Below are positions 26,267 to 38,411 of a DNA stretch of 64,000 bases, piece by piece. The notes under the pieces are model-generated. The model was not told the DNA's origin and ran no database searches. It worked only from the letters and a program-made list of their open reading frames with translations. Within the stretch, counting starts at the first letter, position 1, and each line of letters starts with the position of its first letter. Location of the stretch: positions 7,564,001-7,628,000 of the forward strand of contig OZ038378.1 in the NCBI GenBank assembly GCA_964036045.1, in the 5' to 3' direction. The DNA comes from Eutreptiella sp. 'Long Island Sound 2002' (taxonomy: Eukaryota; Protista; Euglenida). The translations under genes were made by a program, and so were the position numbers.

Positions 26267-26997
26267 CAAGCATGTGCAGCCGCAGCATGCCGCAGCATGC
26301 CGCAGCACCCGTTTTTTGGAGCTGCACATAGGGGTTTGGAAGCAGCATGCCGCAGCATGCCGCAGCATCCAATTTTTTGCAACGGGCTGCCACAGTGATG
26401 TCTGGCAAGGTGGATAATCTGCATGCAAAGACTATCAAAGGGCGAGGCAAGACTCAGGCAGCAATTAATTTTTTCAACCCAGAACTGCTGCAGACCAAAG
26501 AAATGATGTCTTATTCTGAGTTGTGTAAACACAAACCTAATGTGCCACAATCTAAGTGGGTGCGGTAAATTGCTCTTCCAGCCCCGAGCCCTCTGCCAGA
26601 TTCTACTGCAGCCAGAGTGGCATGGTGGGATGCCAAAAAAGATGATTTTCCTACGTTGAGTAGCATTGCTGTTTTCTTTGTCCGACGACCACGCTCTGCT
26701 TGCCATGTCGAGCGAACGTTCATTTTGATGGGCCACATCCAGACAAAGGACCGTTTGCATATGGGCAACAACACTTTGCGCCGTTTGGCTATGATGTACG
26801 TCAACAAACCCACTACAGACGATCCGGATGGTGAAAGTGATTAATTTGGCCCAACAGTGTTGTGCATGTTGTCTCTTGCTTGTGAGTTCAATTTCCCACA
26901 GATGCGTAGGTACCCACATGTGCAGGTAGAAGCATGCTGCAGCATGCCGCAGCATGCCGCAGCACAAGAAATTTTTCCAAGGGACCGCACATGCTTG
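26267..26997 (+). mobile_element. Non-autonomous hAT DNA transposon (731 bp deletion derivative)
   Basis: TIRs CAAGCATGTGC(A/G)G at both ends. 8-bp TSD GGGCTGAC at 26259-26266 and 26998-27005. Subterminal (GCAGCATGCC)n repeats. Internal hAT C-terminal dimerization remnant AWWDAKKDDFPTLSSIA..RSACHVERTF..KDRL. Confidence 0.93.
26395..26844 (+). pseudogene. hAT transposase C-terminal (hATC dimerization) remnant
   Basis: ORFs 26347-26568 and 26617-26844 are in the same frame, separated by one TAA (26566-26568). WW..FP.L..IA...ER.F motif present. Confidence 0.85.
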
Positions 26998-28404
26998 GGG
27001 CTGACATTCGGCCAGTCTGACACGCGGGACTGGGATGTTGCATGGCTGGCGACACATGGACTAGGGTTTGGCAGTCCCCCTTGTAAGATGGGGATCTGGC
27101 CGTGCCGATGTTGGGGACAGGTATTTGGGGAGCATCTCTGCCACGCCCTGGGACTTGGGATGCTTGTTTCTGTGGGGGGGGGCTTGGATTTAGTGCGAGT
27201 CCCAGGGTTGGGATTGGATTCTTGGATGGGGTAGATAGGGGCAGGTACTGCCTTATTGGGTGTGGTATGCCACATGTCTCTGGAAGGTCACGATGGCAGT
27301 GGACAATTTGGGTATGAATATTAGAAGTATTCGCAGGCATGCATTCAGCACACAATGCCATCTTGCTGCTGTGCTGCTGCTGCGGGGGTCGGGGGGTCGT
27401 GATCGGGGGTCGGGGGTCTGGAAGAGGGGCTCCAAGGCCCCACCCCCTTTTAAAATTTCCAAAGACCCTGAAGCCCCAGACAGTTTGTGAGAAGCTAGAT
27501 GTTTCCGAAGTGTACGATAGGGGTGCGAGGCGTACATGTTTCTGCCTGAGCTTTGTGCCCCCGGAGGGTGCACTGACATCAAATCACGATAGTACATACG
27601 CGCTGTCGCTTCGATGAGTCAATTTTGATGGTGGTCTCCGTGGCCTTGCGTTGCAGAGGCTTCGGGACCACAGTCGGCAAACACCAATTGTGGTGCTAAC
27701 ACTAATGGCGCTGTTGCTGGCAAAATGAGAGTGCGCACCTGCCCGATTGCCCGATAGGCCACCCTGAATTATGCCGTGCACGAGTCTTTGGCTGCGGAAA
27801 GATGCAATGGAACTCATGTGTACTGGAGGGAGCAAGTCTGCAATGTCGCATGGATTCAATGCGGTGGACTGGGAGAGCAGTTCAAGAATCATCATGTGGC
27901 CAACGTGGAATGGAGGCAGATTTGTTTTGTACAGCCTTTGTGTTGGTGTTTCTTGTGACGTCACGGGGGAGGTAGGCTTTGAGGACGATTGTTGAGACGC
28001 ATGCGACGAGGGTGACCGGGTTGATGGGATGCAGACTGGTGGGGTGACGGGCGTTGGGATGCATGGGAAGAGGTTTGGACGGATGCATGGGAGTCGCATG
28101 AGAGGAGGGTCAGAGAGGAGTGAGGGAGAGAGGAAGGAAGAGAGGGATGGTGGGAGGGAGGGTTTGGTTTAAACGGTGGTCTTTGCGACTGCCACTGGTC
28201 TCCTCATGGACTACTCGCTTTGCTTTGGGCTTGGGTACTTCTTGACTTGTTCCTCATCATCCAATGAACCCAGGAAGATGGGAACAGCGCCGGAGCATGA
28301 GCAGGCAGTGAGTCCAGCTGAGAGTGCAGGTCAACTGAAACTGTCACGTGTGGTTCGCCATCACATGTCTGTTGCATTACCTCCGGTCAGCTACGGGTCA
28401 TGCA

Positions 28405-28680
28405 CAACTTTCAAAAGGGGAATTTCAGAAGGGGACTTTCAGATGACCTCTTTCAGAAGGGAATTTTCAGACCGGCACTTTCACAACGGTCCTATCAGAA
28501 GGGGACTTTCAGAAGGGGACTTTCAAAAGGGAATTTTCACAAGTGAATTTTCACGGCGGACTTTCCACAAGTGAACTTTCAGAAGGGGCATTTCTGAAGG
28601 GGTGTTTCAGAAGGGTTTTCATTGAAGGGGAAGTTGACTTTCAAAAGGGGACTTTCAGAACTGGACTTTCAGGAAGTGCT
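28405..28680. repeat. Degenerate ~15-bp tandem repeat (TTTCAGAAGGGGAC-like)
   Basis: More than 10 imperfect copies of ttcagaaggggactttc / ttcaaaagggaattttc. Confidence 0.85.
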
Positions 28681-29836
28681 GCCTCTGAATGCCCTGAAAG
28701 GTTTTTCATGAACTGCATAGTCTACCAGGCAATCAAAGCTTAACTAGTGCATATTATGCCCTTCCTTTTTGTCCAGCTGAGATGATCCAAGCTGATCTAG
28801 GCAAGAAGTGCGCTGTCATTCGACAACACCGTAAAAATTCAATTGCGTTGTCTGTACCAGGATTCTGGCACGTTGTCTCCATGACGCGTTGCATCAGTCA
28901 TTGATCTCGAGAATGGCAACGGTGCAGGAGGGGATATCATTTTTAGAAGGGAAAACGGTTTGAAGAAAGTTGACACCCTGGATGTACAAAGAAGTGATGC
29001 CCAAGTTCAATCGCTGGTCGTCATAACATAATGCAATGGCGAATTCCATGAAACCAGAGGGTGCTAGCATGGGCACCAATGCGCATTGCAAACCTCTGAG
29101 CAGTGAGAAGGGTGGAGTTGCCTCAGCTCTGATAGAAACGATCCCACACAGAAGTTGCTAGCTCCAACACATGTGGCGAGGGCTCTGGGATTGTACTATA
29201 CGCCTACAAACTCACATACATCGACCCCACCCTTGCCTTCCACACGACAAGCTACCACATCTACAAGATTTGGTTTTGTACATTGATGCTCAATGGGGTA
29301 AACTGGACGACGAGCCGTCTTCGTGTGATCAACAACACAGAGAGTCTAGAATTGTGTCTTCTTCTTGCCTTCTCACTCCCACGGTGAAGCTGGAGGAACC
29401 ATAGGTGTTGCATGATCCCCCCCTTCCTAGTCCAGTCATCATTAGTGTCTGCCCCAATCTACCACAGTACGATGCCCCATGCTATCGTGTCTGCAATTAT
29501 GTGTCACACAGTCGCAGCTAGCCTTTGGCCTTGTCCCAACATATTTAGGTGTTGGTTCAGAAGCTTTTGGTGCCTTTGTCATTGTTTGTGGCATAATTTG
29601 TGGTCGTGGGCTTGGCACACCTGTACAGAGCAGGCGGTGACGCATTGGTGCTTTGCATGACCTGTGGTGGCTGACCATTGAGGCCCTCTGCCCAACGACA
29701 GTTTTGTCTGCCGATCAAATGCAAGGACGTAATGGGGGTCAAGCAAGCTGACGTTGGCGTAGGCTGCTCGGCTGGTGGGCCTTTAGAATGTCTAGCCCAT
29801 CCCATCAGCCTACTGCCTGATGCCCAATACAGGCCA

Positions 29837-29878
<42 letters not shown>

Positions 29879-30418
29879 CATGGACCAGGGACCAGGACCC
29901 TAACCATGGACCTAACCCTAACCATGGACCAGGGATGCGGGACGCGGTAGGAACACAAGCCCCACCCCCTCTTGTTGCATGTTGCAAGTCATCTCAACCC
30001 AGTTCCTGAAGCGTGGCGACAGGGCAACAGAATCAAAGAACTCATGGTTTGATCGCATCATTGTTGAACCTCGCAGTTTGAGCATGATTTGAAAGATTTG
30101 GGCGTTACACACATATACAGTCTGCAGACCTGAACTTTGAGCCTATGGTTTGCAAAAGTGGTAGGATTAGAGATGTTGAACGTCGCAGCCCGAGCATGAT
30201 TGAAATGCATACCTTGGCACACGTACATACGGAAGCCATCCTGATTTTAAATATTGCTCAACCAGGGCCACTGGAAAGCGGTGGCAAGCACCGATGATTG
30301 CATGCATGTTGATTGATTGCCTTGGGCGACAATGACCTGGCAGAGGCGTAACCAAAGAGCAACCTGATTGCTTTCAAATCCAACCCGCATGGTGGGGTGA
30401 TTGGCATTTGCTAGTGTA

Positions 30419-30440
30419 ACACATACACATACACATATGC

Positions 30441-30519
<79 letters not shown>

Positions 30520-30524
30520 TAAAC

Positions 30525-30585
<61 letters not shown>

Positions 30586-30634
30586 TACACACATACACAT
30601 ACACATGCACATGCACATGCACATGCACATGCAC

Positions 30635-30671
<37 letters not shown>

Positions 30672-30700
30672 TGCGCATGCGCATACACATGCACATGCAC

Positions 30701-30761
<61 letters not shown>

Positions 30762-30798
30762 TACACGTACACATACACATACACGTACACATACACAT
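30419..30798. repeat. (CACATA)n hexanucleotide microsatellite, array 1
   Basis: Direct reading, with CACATG/CGCATG variants. Confidence 0.97.
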
Positions 30799-31177
30799 GA
30801 TTTGATTTGATTTGATTTGAAAAATCCGCTTTGTCTGGGTTCGGACCAGTCCCCTTCCGAGTTCCACAGCAAGCCTCCCCTTCAACCTACACACCGAACA
30901 CAAAGCAAATCAAATCTCTGAACGAATGTGACTTAGCAAGGATGTGACTGTCGACCCAGGCCACACTCTTCCAAAGAACCAGGCACGTGTTGCATCGACT
31001 TAGTACATGTGTTTCCCCTTGCCTTTGCCACCCTGCTTACCCATGGATCCTCCTTTGCTTCCCTTAGACCCAGAATAGGCATAGTGGTATGACCCATAAG
31101 TCGTGCTGGGAGCTGATGTCGATCTGTGCCTCCCAGAATCTGGCTGATACCTGTTCGCACGTCTTGAGGAGAGACGG

Positions 31178-34100
31178 TTACCAAATTTGCATGTCTAGAA
31201 CAGGTTTCAGCACAGGCGGGGGGACACCACGGGAGTGAGAGGCATCAGAAATAACCCACCCCAGTGACAGACACGACTTCTCTGTCCGCACAGTAAAATG
31301 CCACAGCTGGAGCCCCGAATCCTGGCGAAGTCCCTCCCATGGCCAGTGCACACCCAGGAGGCACCAATACACACCCTCCCCCCCCAGTCGTCTCCTCATT
31401 GCCTCTCTGACGACAGAATGAAGGTTCTCTTGGCATTCACTGATCCACACGGAGGGAACTTTAGCGTGCCAGACCGTCATCTTAACTGTCCCCCTGCAAC
31501 TCACCAGAACATGCCCTACGTATCCTGTCCCCCGAACAGATGAGAAAAGAACCCAGGGCAGGTTGGAGGGAGTGTGACTGCCCAGATGTGCATCTTGTGT
31601 CTGAAACCCCAGAAGCATACCAGAGTTCATTCCTGCTGTCCACTGAGAATGAAACAGAGGGCACAGAAGTCGGACATTATCTGTATCGTACCCACCATGA
31701 ACCATGGCATACGCGCTCTCTAGGATTTGATATATAAGGATATGTGGTTGACAGACACCTAATTTGGAGAGAACCAGCGAAATACCCCTAATTGGGCCTA
31801 ACCCCAGCCATATGGGCCACACTGGCTTTACTGATTTCGAAGAATCGGATATGGCAGCTCCCTTCGCAGGATGACACCAGACAATGAACAGACCCGGATG
31901 TCCCAAAATCTCAACACCCCCCCATCGAAGAGCGATACGGTTACGGGGAATGCCCGCAGCACACAAAATTTCGCAGACATGTCCAGACCAAGCAAGAACC
32001 CGCACTTTAGTAAATACGCATTCGTGAAATCTATGCTGTGTTACCGAGTGACACCACATGGAGCACAGTGAGCATTCCGCTTCTCTGTGTTGCCACTCCC
32101 ACTGGTCTGCGGACGCATACACACTCCAAGCCCTTATGCGTCCCCAATGCTCTATGCCTAATGGCTGCAGCTGCACCCAGCACTTGAGCCCCGAGACCGA
32201 TTCAGGTAGCACCATGCGCCATGATCTCTCCGGAGGGGTGGGTGAGCGGGAGGAAGAGACGCTGAGGAGAGCATCATCAGATTGACTAAGCAGATGACGC
32301 TTGAGGTCGACTATCAATCTGTCACCCTGGAAGGGAAGAATGGAATCTCTGTCTAGCCACACATCAAGAACTGAGACCTCCTGACGCTCACCGCGCGCAC
32401 CAGCTTTCGCTTCAGAGTCCATTTCTGAGTTGAACGATGATATCCAGTCATCAAGTTCCGTATCGTGCTGTGCGGGCACCCAACCCATCTGAACCGGAAG
32501 ATGCGTCAAGACAAAGTGCGAGACAACCCTGTCCATGATTGATGCAGTTTTGTCCGTCATGTCTTTGGACTGCAGAGACTGCACTGCTGACAAACAGTCA
32601 GACCACACCCAAATTTCTTTTAGGCACACACCGTGGGAGGAGACTAATTCGGCAATGGCAATTACCGCAGAGACTACAACAGAGGCTTCTACCAACTTGG
32701 TGCTGAGACCAATAGCAGAGAGGGATACACTGTAGTCTAGCCACACATGGCCCTGACTGTCCACAACTTTTGCCGCTCCCCCCCAGCAATCCTTGAGGCT
32801 TGCATCACCAAAAACATACAAAATTGTAGGGAAAGCACCCCCCCAAGGCGGTTTCACACACCACTTAGCCCCTTGACCTGACACGAGTTTGCGAAACTGA
32901 ATGCCCAAGCTTTGGAGCCTGGACCAAATGCGCTGAGAGTCGCTGTCAAAGCGATGCAGGCACGGGTTCGACCAGTGTGCCCACACAGATTGGGCCAGCA
33001 GGGCGTTGGGCCCATTTAGAGACTTAAACAGTTCATTGATGACTGTGGCCCAAAGGACATGATCTGGGGCAGCTCTTCCTAGAATGGAAACTATGCAGGC
33101 ACGTGGAGTATTGGGAGCCAACCCAAAGACCAGTCTGTATACTCTGCATATGGACCCTGTCACTGAACTGATTTGCACATCCGTTGGCACATTCACACAG
33201 CAGCAAGACACAAGCCTGTTGACTACAAGCCCTTCTATCACAGTGTGTGCCACACCCACCGACACAGGCCACCCTCGCAGCCTGCTGATGACCGTTCGAG
33301 ACCACCTTGTAATGACTTTTTTGATGGTAGGGAACCTCCTAGAATATTAGCGTTTCCCCCCAGGAATTTTATTTGTTGGTGCCTACTAAGGGACCACACT
33401 GACTCGTCGTCCCAGACGATCGATTTGTTGACACTGCAGACTGAACCTTGCTTGACCTGAAGTACTTGAATATTCATTTTGGAGCTATTGTTGCGTTGAC
33501 CGACACAGTCAATAATAACACGAAGGTGGTCGGCTACTCGCTGTCTGTCGTCTATGCTAGAAAACCCCACTGTGTCGTCGACATAGCCCAGAGAAGCAAT
33601 CATTTCTACTGAGGGGGGAACACATACCGGAACCCCAACCCCCAGTTGACACATGGCAAGATGTATCAAATTAACCACAAGTATGTAAAAAAGTGGATCC
33701 AAACCCCCCCCTTGAAGGACACCCTCCACTTGACAATACGACTCGGAAAGGCCCAGGGCAGAAACCACGTATTGCCTGAAGGACATGTAATGATGAACCA
33801 CTTCATGCACAACTCCACGTAAAAATGGATACATCTCTGCAACCCTCAGAATGGCTTGCCTGTTGAGTTCATCAAAGGCACCAGAGAAATCCAGAAACAT
33901 CGTCGTAACATCACCTCGCACCGCCAGGGATTGGGTGATCACTGTGTGTAGCATGCGGCGCAGAGCGTGTGCGGAAGACCCTTTAAACCCTGCATACTGT
34001 CTACAGCCTGACTCACTTGGTGCCGTGGCCAGCTGAATCAAAGGGGCATACCGTTTAGCCTGTATGCGAAACAAGGCGGAGAGAAGTTTAATAGGCCTGG

Positions 34101-36663
34101 TATTGACATTGACATTGTCACCCGCAGATTTTTTCAGGGTAAGGTGTAGAGCCGAGAAAACCTCCAAAGGCCACTAACCAGAAGGAAGTCTGAGTATCTG
34201 AGCCACTCGGAAGAGTGACGCCAGCCCCATCCATTTCACTAGATCTGGTATAAAACCATCAACCCCTGCCGTCGCACTGGTCAGTTTGTGGCGGATACGC
34301 AACAGGGACTCTACTGAGACCTGCATCTCTTGTGAGAGAATTAGGTACCTGCGGGCCTCGATTGCAACAGGGGTGAGGTGCAGCACATACCTGTAGCTCA
34401 TGACAGACTGAACCCACTCAGGAGGAACAGTAGTGGAACGCACTGGGTATTTCAGAACACACTCCCTAGGCAACACCTGCAGGATGTCCCTACCCGTCAC
34501 CAGAGATTGAGAGGAAGTGTCCGTTACCTGATGTAACGCAATGAACGGGTTTGCTGCTTGTAACTTCAGCACCTTCATGGTTCGCCCCGTGAGACATGTT
34601 CCTGACACAGATTTCCAGTCGCTAATCGCCGTAGACCAGTATTTGGAGGACAATCTGAACTCTAGGGAGCGTTGCACTCTCCAGCCCTGACCGCCTGTAA
34701 TTGCCTTGAGAGACGCAACTACTGATTTCAGCTCTGAGTGGATGTGTGCAGATTTGGGACTACTCACCACATGGTTGACAACTGTGATGCACTCTCTATA
34801 GGCCCGTAGCCAGCTAGACGCATCACAGATGCCGAGACTCATGGCTTCCATGAGATTGGAAAAAATCACTCTGCTGTCATGGTCCCAATTGCGAGGTTCA
34901 ACTGGGCGCATCAGAGATCCTGTGGCTCCTGCCTTTGCTGTCTGACACCCCTGAATCCAAACAACTGGGTGGTCGCCAACCTCTCTCAGCCACATACTGC
35001 AGGATTGTCCCGAGACCCCTTTCAGAATGCAAAAGTCCTTGGGAAGATGAACCCTCCCCTGCATGAACGCGACTCTGGCACCCAGAAACTTAATAAGGGC
35101 AACTGACAATTTATGCGTGCGGATGTCCCTATTCCAGTCACCCCCCACGATGAGCCACGACACCGGTAGCTGTTGGAGACTGTAAACCAGATGCACTAAG
35201 TGTTGATTGTATAACAGTTCGTCAGACCTCTGCGCCATGTGGACGCTACCCAAGACCCCCAAACCCCAGGCATTGTGAACCACCACAAGAAAAGAGTTGT
35301 CAGTATCCAGAAGAACAGTTTTGAACTGTGCCCAGGATGACAGAACCCAGACTTCCAAGCCTTTACCAACATCGCAGTGAGCAGAGGAGCGATGCCAAAA
35401 GCCATCAATGTATCGCCTGTCTAGCTTTTTCACTGAGCCCCAGGTTTCTTGAATGAACAGCACCTTGGCATCGGAAGTGACACACATCTCGACCACTTCA
35501 TCCCACTTGGTCCTGCGTATTTCAACTGACCTATTCAACCCCTGAACATTAGCAGACAGGCAGCCCCACGGCAACGCGACAGGGGTGGCAGACTCAGGAA
35601 TAGGAATGGAGCTCCACGCTTGCACTTCATAATACTGTAGCGACCACTGAGGGGGGGTCCAATTGAGCCAGACATGTAACATCATGACACATTCATGCGG
35701 GACGCACCGACACAGAACTTTTTCTGTCCGCCATCCCCGAGACAGGGGATCCCACTCAGTCACTCTGCAGACATCCTGCCACCACCCAGTGGTGTCATCC
35801 ACAATTTCCTTGCGGTGTCTTGCCACTGCCTTTTCTGACTTGACTAGCACTTGGTGCTGTCTGCCCCATTGTAAGGAATTGACCACGACCCAAAGGGGAA
35901 GAACACACTCCGGTTCAACAAAATTCACAGGGACTGGAGCTGCCAACAGGCCCATCCTGCCCAAAACAACTGCATTGGTACACATGTGAAATTTAGTATC
36001 GCCACACGCCATGGTTGCGGACCTTACGAGTGTATCATCCGCAGGTGCTGAGGGAACACCGAGCAAAGCCACATGTCTGGACCCCACCGTTTCTACCTTC
36101 TTAGTGAAGCCTGTCCATTGAGGACTCATGATGCGGCAAACTGACACTTTCCGATCACCACAGATCAATACCCGATGGTGTTCAGTGTCGCAGCGCTCGA
36201 CAGTAGGAGGGGGAACCCCATCACTGGCCAACCGACCCCACGATGCGTCAAGACCTAGGGCAATTGAGGACACTTTAGAGTAGTCCCCCGTTTTTAGCTT
36301 CTTACGCACTTTGTTGACCTTGGTAAGCGTTTTGCGTTTTGAAAACTCCTCAGCCGCCCATTCAGGCACGTCGTAGAACCTATGATCTCTGTGTTTCACT
36401 GCTAGTTCTACACACTCCTTAGCCGAGACCCAGTGTTCCGGCGAGTCGTCATCCTCTCCTATCACGGTGGATTTTACTGCGGCATCGTAAACTCTGGACA
36501 GACCCCAGATGGCGTGAGCAGACACAACCTCTCTGAGTTCATCAGGCATTCCAGGCGGGGGAGAATGAAATCTAAGGATCCCCCCTAACTCCCGTTGAAA
36601 GCCCCAACCCCACATGGATATGAAGGCATGAGAGGGGGAGAAGGGCGGAAACAGACACCACAC
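31178..36663 (-). pseudogene. LINE ORF2 (EN-RT-RNH-CCHC), interrupted by one in-frame TAG (34174-34176) and one frameshift (~33240-33300)
   Basis: EN: SANVQG, IQETW, GGDWN, DHPVVW. RT: RPIKLL, FLDFSGAFD, GVLQG..LDP, GYVDD, KFLG. RNase H: FGDAS, VEAS, WSDC, WVPAQH, NSEMDSEAK. Zinc finger CSLC..QH..HEC. Confidence 0.9.
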
Positions 36664-38226
36664 CGGGGATTGAATTTTAGATGGCGAGAGAAATATACCT
36701 CAAACAGGTGTACTCACAGGAGCCTCTTTGGCAGGCGCAGGCTGAGGAATATGAGAGCCAATTTTTCGCAGTCCTTCAACCAGTTGTAATTCCTTCACCT
36801 CAATGAGGTTTGAGCGGCCCAATGGGTCCCTTGATGCTCTGATGCGCAAGCTATCGCGGTACTTGCCTCCCAGGATGGGATCTAGCCTGCTGGACGGAAC
36901 AAACATGACAACCTCACCAAATTGGGACAGCATGTCCTGATAGACTCTGTAGTCGAGAGACAACTGACCGAAGGCAGCTTCACAGCCCAAAAAGGAGTCA
37001 AGGGCATCAGTATGCTCAAACCCAGTGAGCAGAATGGGTTTCAAACGATCCGTGGTGGACTGCGTCTTTTCAACAATAACTTTACCCAGCCCTGACCCAG
37101 CCTGCCATTGCTGTACCGGCGGTGCAACATTATCAGAGATGGGGGCACTAGTCTGCCGTGGCTCAGAGGAGTTACTGCCCTGTGCAGTGGAAGCCGATTC
37201 ATCCAGTGTCAGTGCCCTGACTACTCCCTCTACCCGATACCCGAGGTTTCTTGGAGTTTTTTGGTTTGGACGGAGAGGGTTTGGACGCATGTGTTCCTGA
37301 AGAAGGACTGGAAATAACGTTGCGTTTCCTATTAGCCTCTGCAGCTAGTTTGGCCTGCAAGCGATGCCCTTCCTCTTCTGCCTGCCAAAGAGGACACATC
37401 CATTTGAGCAACGCTACCATGACACCCTTCCAGAACCTGCCCTCAACCGGTGTGGCTGACTTCAACCTCAACAAAATATTACTCCTGATTCCCGAGGCCG
37501 CCAACAGCAAAACTTCAACAGGAACATCCTCACTGTACATCTCAGCAACCAAGGACTGAAGTTTATCTTCCTCATTGATCGAAAGATCATCAACGGTGTT
37601 GACCAGGGAGATGGCACCCAAGACATCAACAGACTCCGAATCCTGTTCCTGTGGGACCACGTCTGTGGGTTGATCTGGAGCTTCTGAGAGAGCGTCGGAT
37701 TATGGTGCTGAGAAGGAAATCTGCCGCTAGGTTGTCAAATCCAAGAGAGTACCGGAAAGCTTCTCAAACATCTCCTCAAAATACTCCCTTTTGGATGCCA
37801 TGCTGGCCACCATTGCAAAAGTCTCAGACAGACCCATGCTTACCGAATGGAGCACTGCACGTCTCAATGCCAAGTCCGAACTTCGCTCTATCTGGCCAGC
37901 CTTTTACCGGTAACTTGCCCACCAGGGAACTCCAGGTATTAGTCTCGATGTCGGGACGCAGTTTGAGGACCTCATCCAACACAGTGTTGTCAATGGACCC
38001 GGCCAGAATACACATTGTCACGATCCTGGCCCTGACGTTGTCTGGTTGAACCCACAGGCCCACCGGTTCTTCTACAAGGTCCCCATGAGAGGGCAGCCAT
38101 CGCAATTTTGTAGGGGTGCCCCCTTTTTGAATGTGACCAAACTCCAGAGAAATTGTTGCCATGAGGCTGAACATGCGGGGTGGAGAGATAACCAAAAAGA
38201 TTGCCCCTGCGAGACTGGTACAGGCA

Positions 38227-38411
38227 CCGATACTCACTATCTGCATGCCCCTGGGCCTCAGGCAGATGCGCTCTGTTTGGCATACCCCACACGTTCCACC
38301 GACGCCGATACTCACTATCTGCGCGCCATAAATGCTGCCATTGCCGGGTGGAATTACCCTTCAAGTGATGCCAGCTTTTGTCATTCAGGGACGCCGATAC
38401 TCACTATCTGC
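38227..38411. repeat. Three copies of an 18-bp motif CCGATACTCACTATCTGC near the LINE 5' region
   Basis: Exact copies start at 38227, 38305 and 38394 (periods 78 and 89 nt). Confidence 0.9.

Noticed and set aside
29897-29930. CCCTAA telomere-like motifs (also ~51832)
   Set aside because: Only one or two imperfect units; not an interstitial telomere array.
38227-38411. CRISPR-like repeat-spacer pattern
   Set aside because: Only three 18-bp non-palindromic repeats with long unequal spacers, no cas genes, and a eukaryotic retroelement context.
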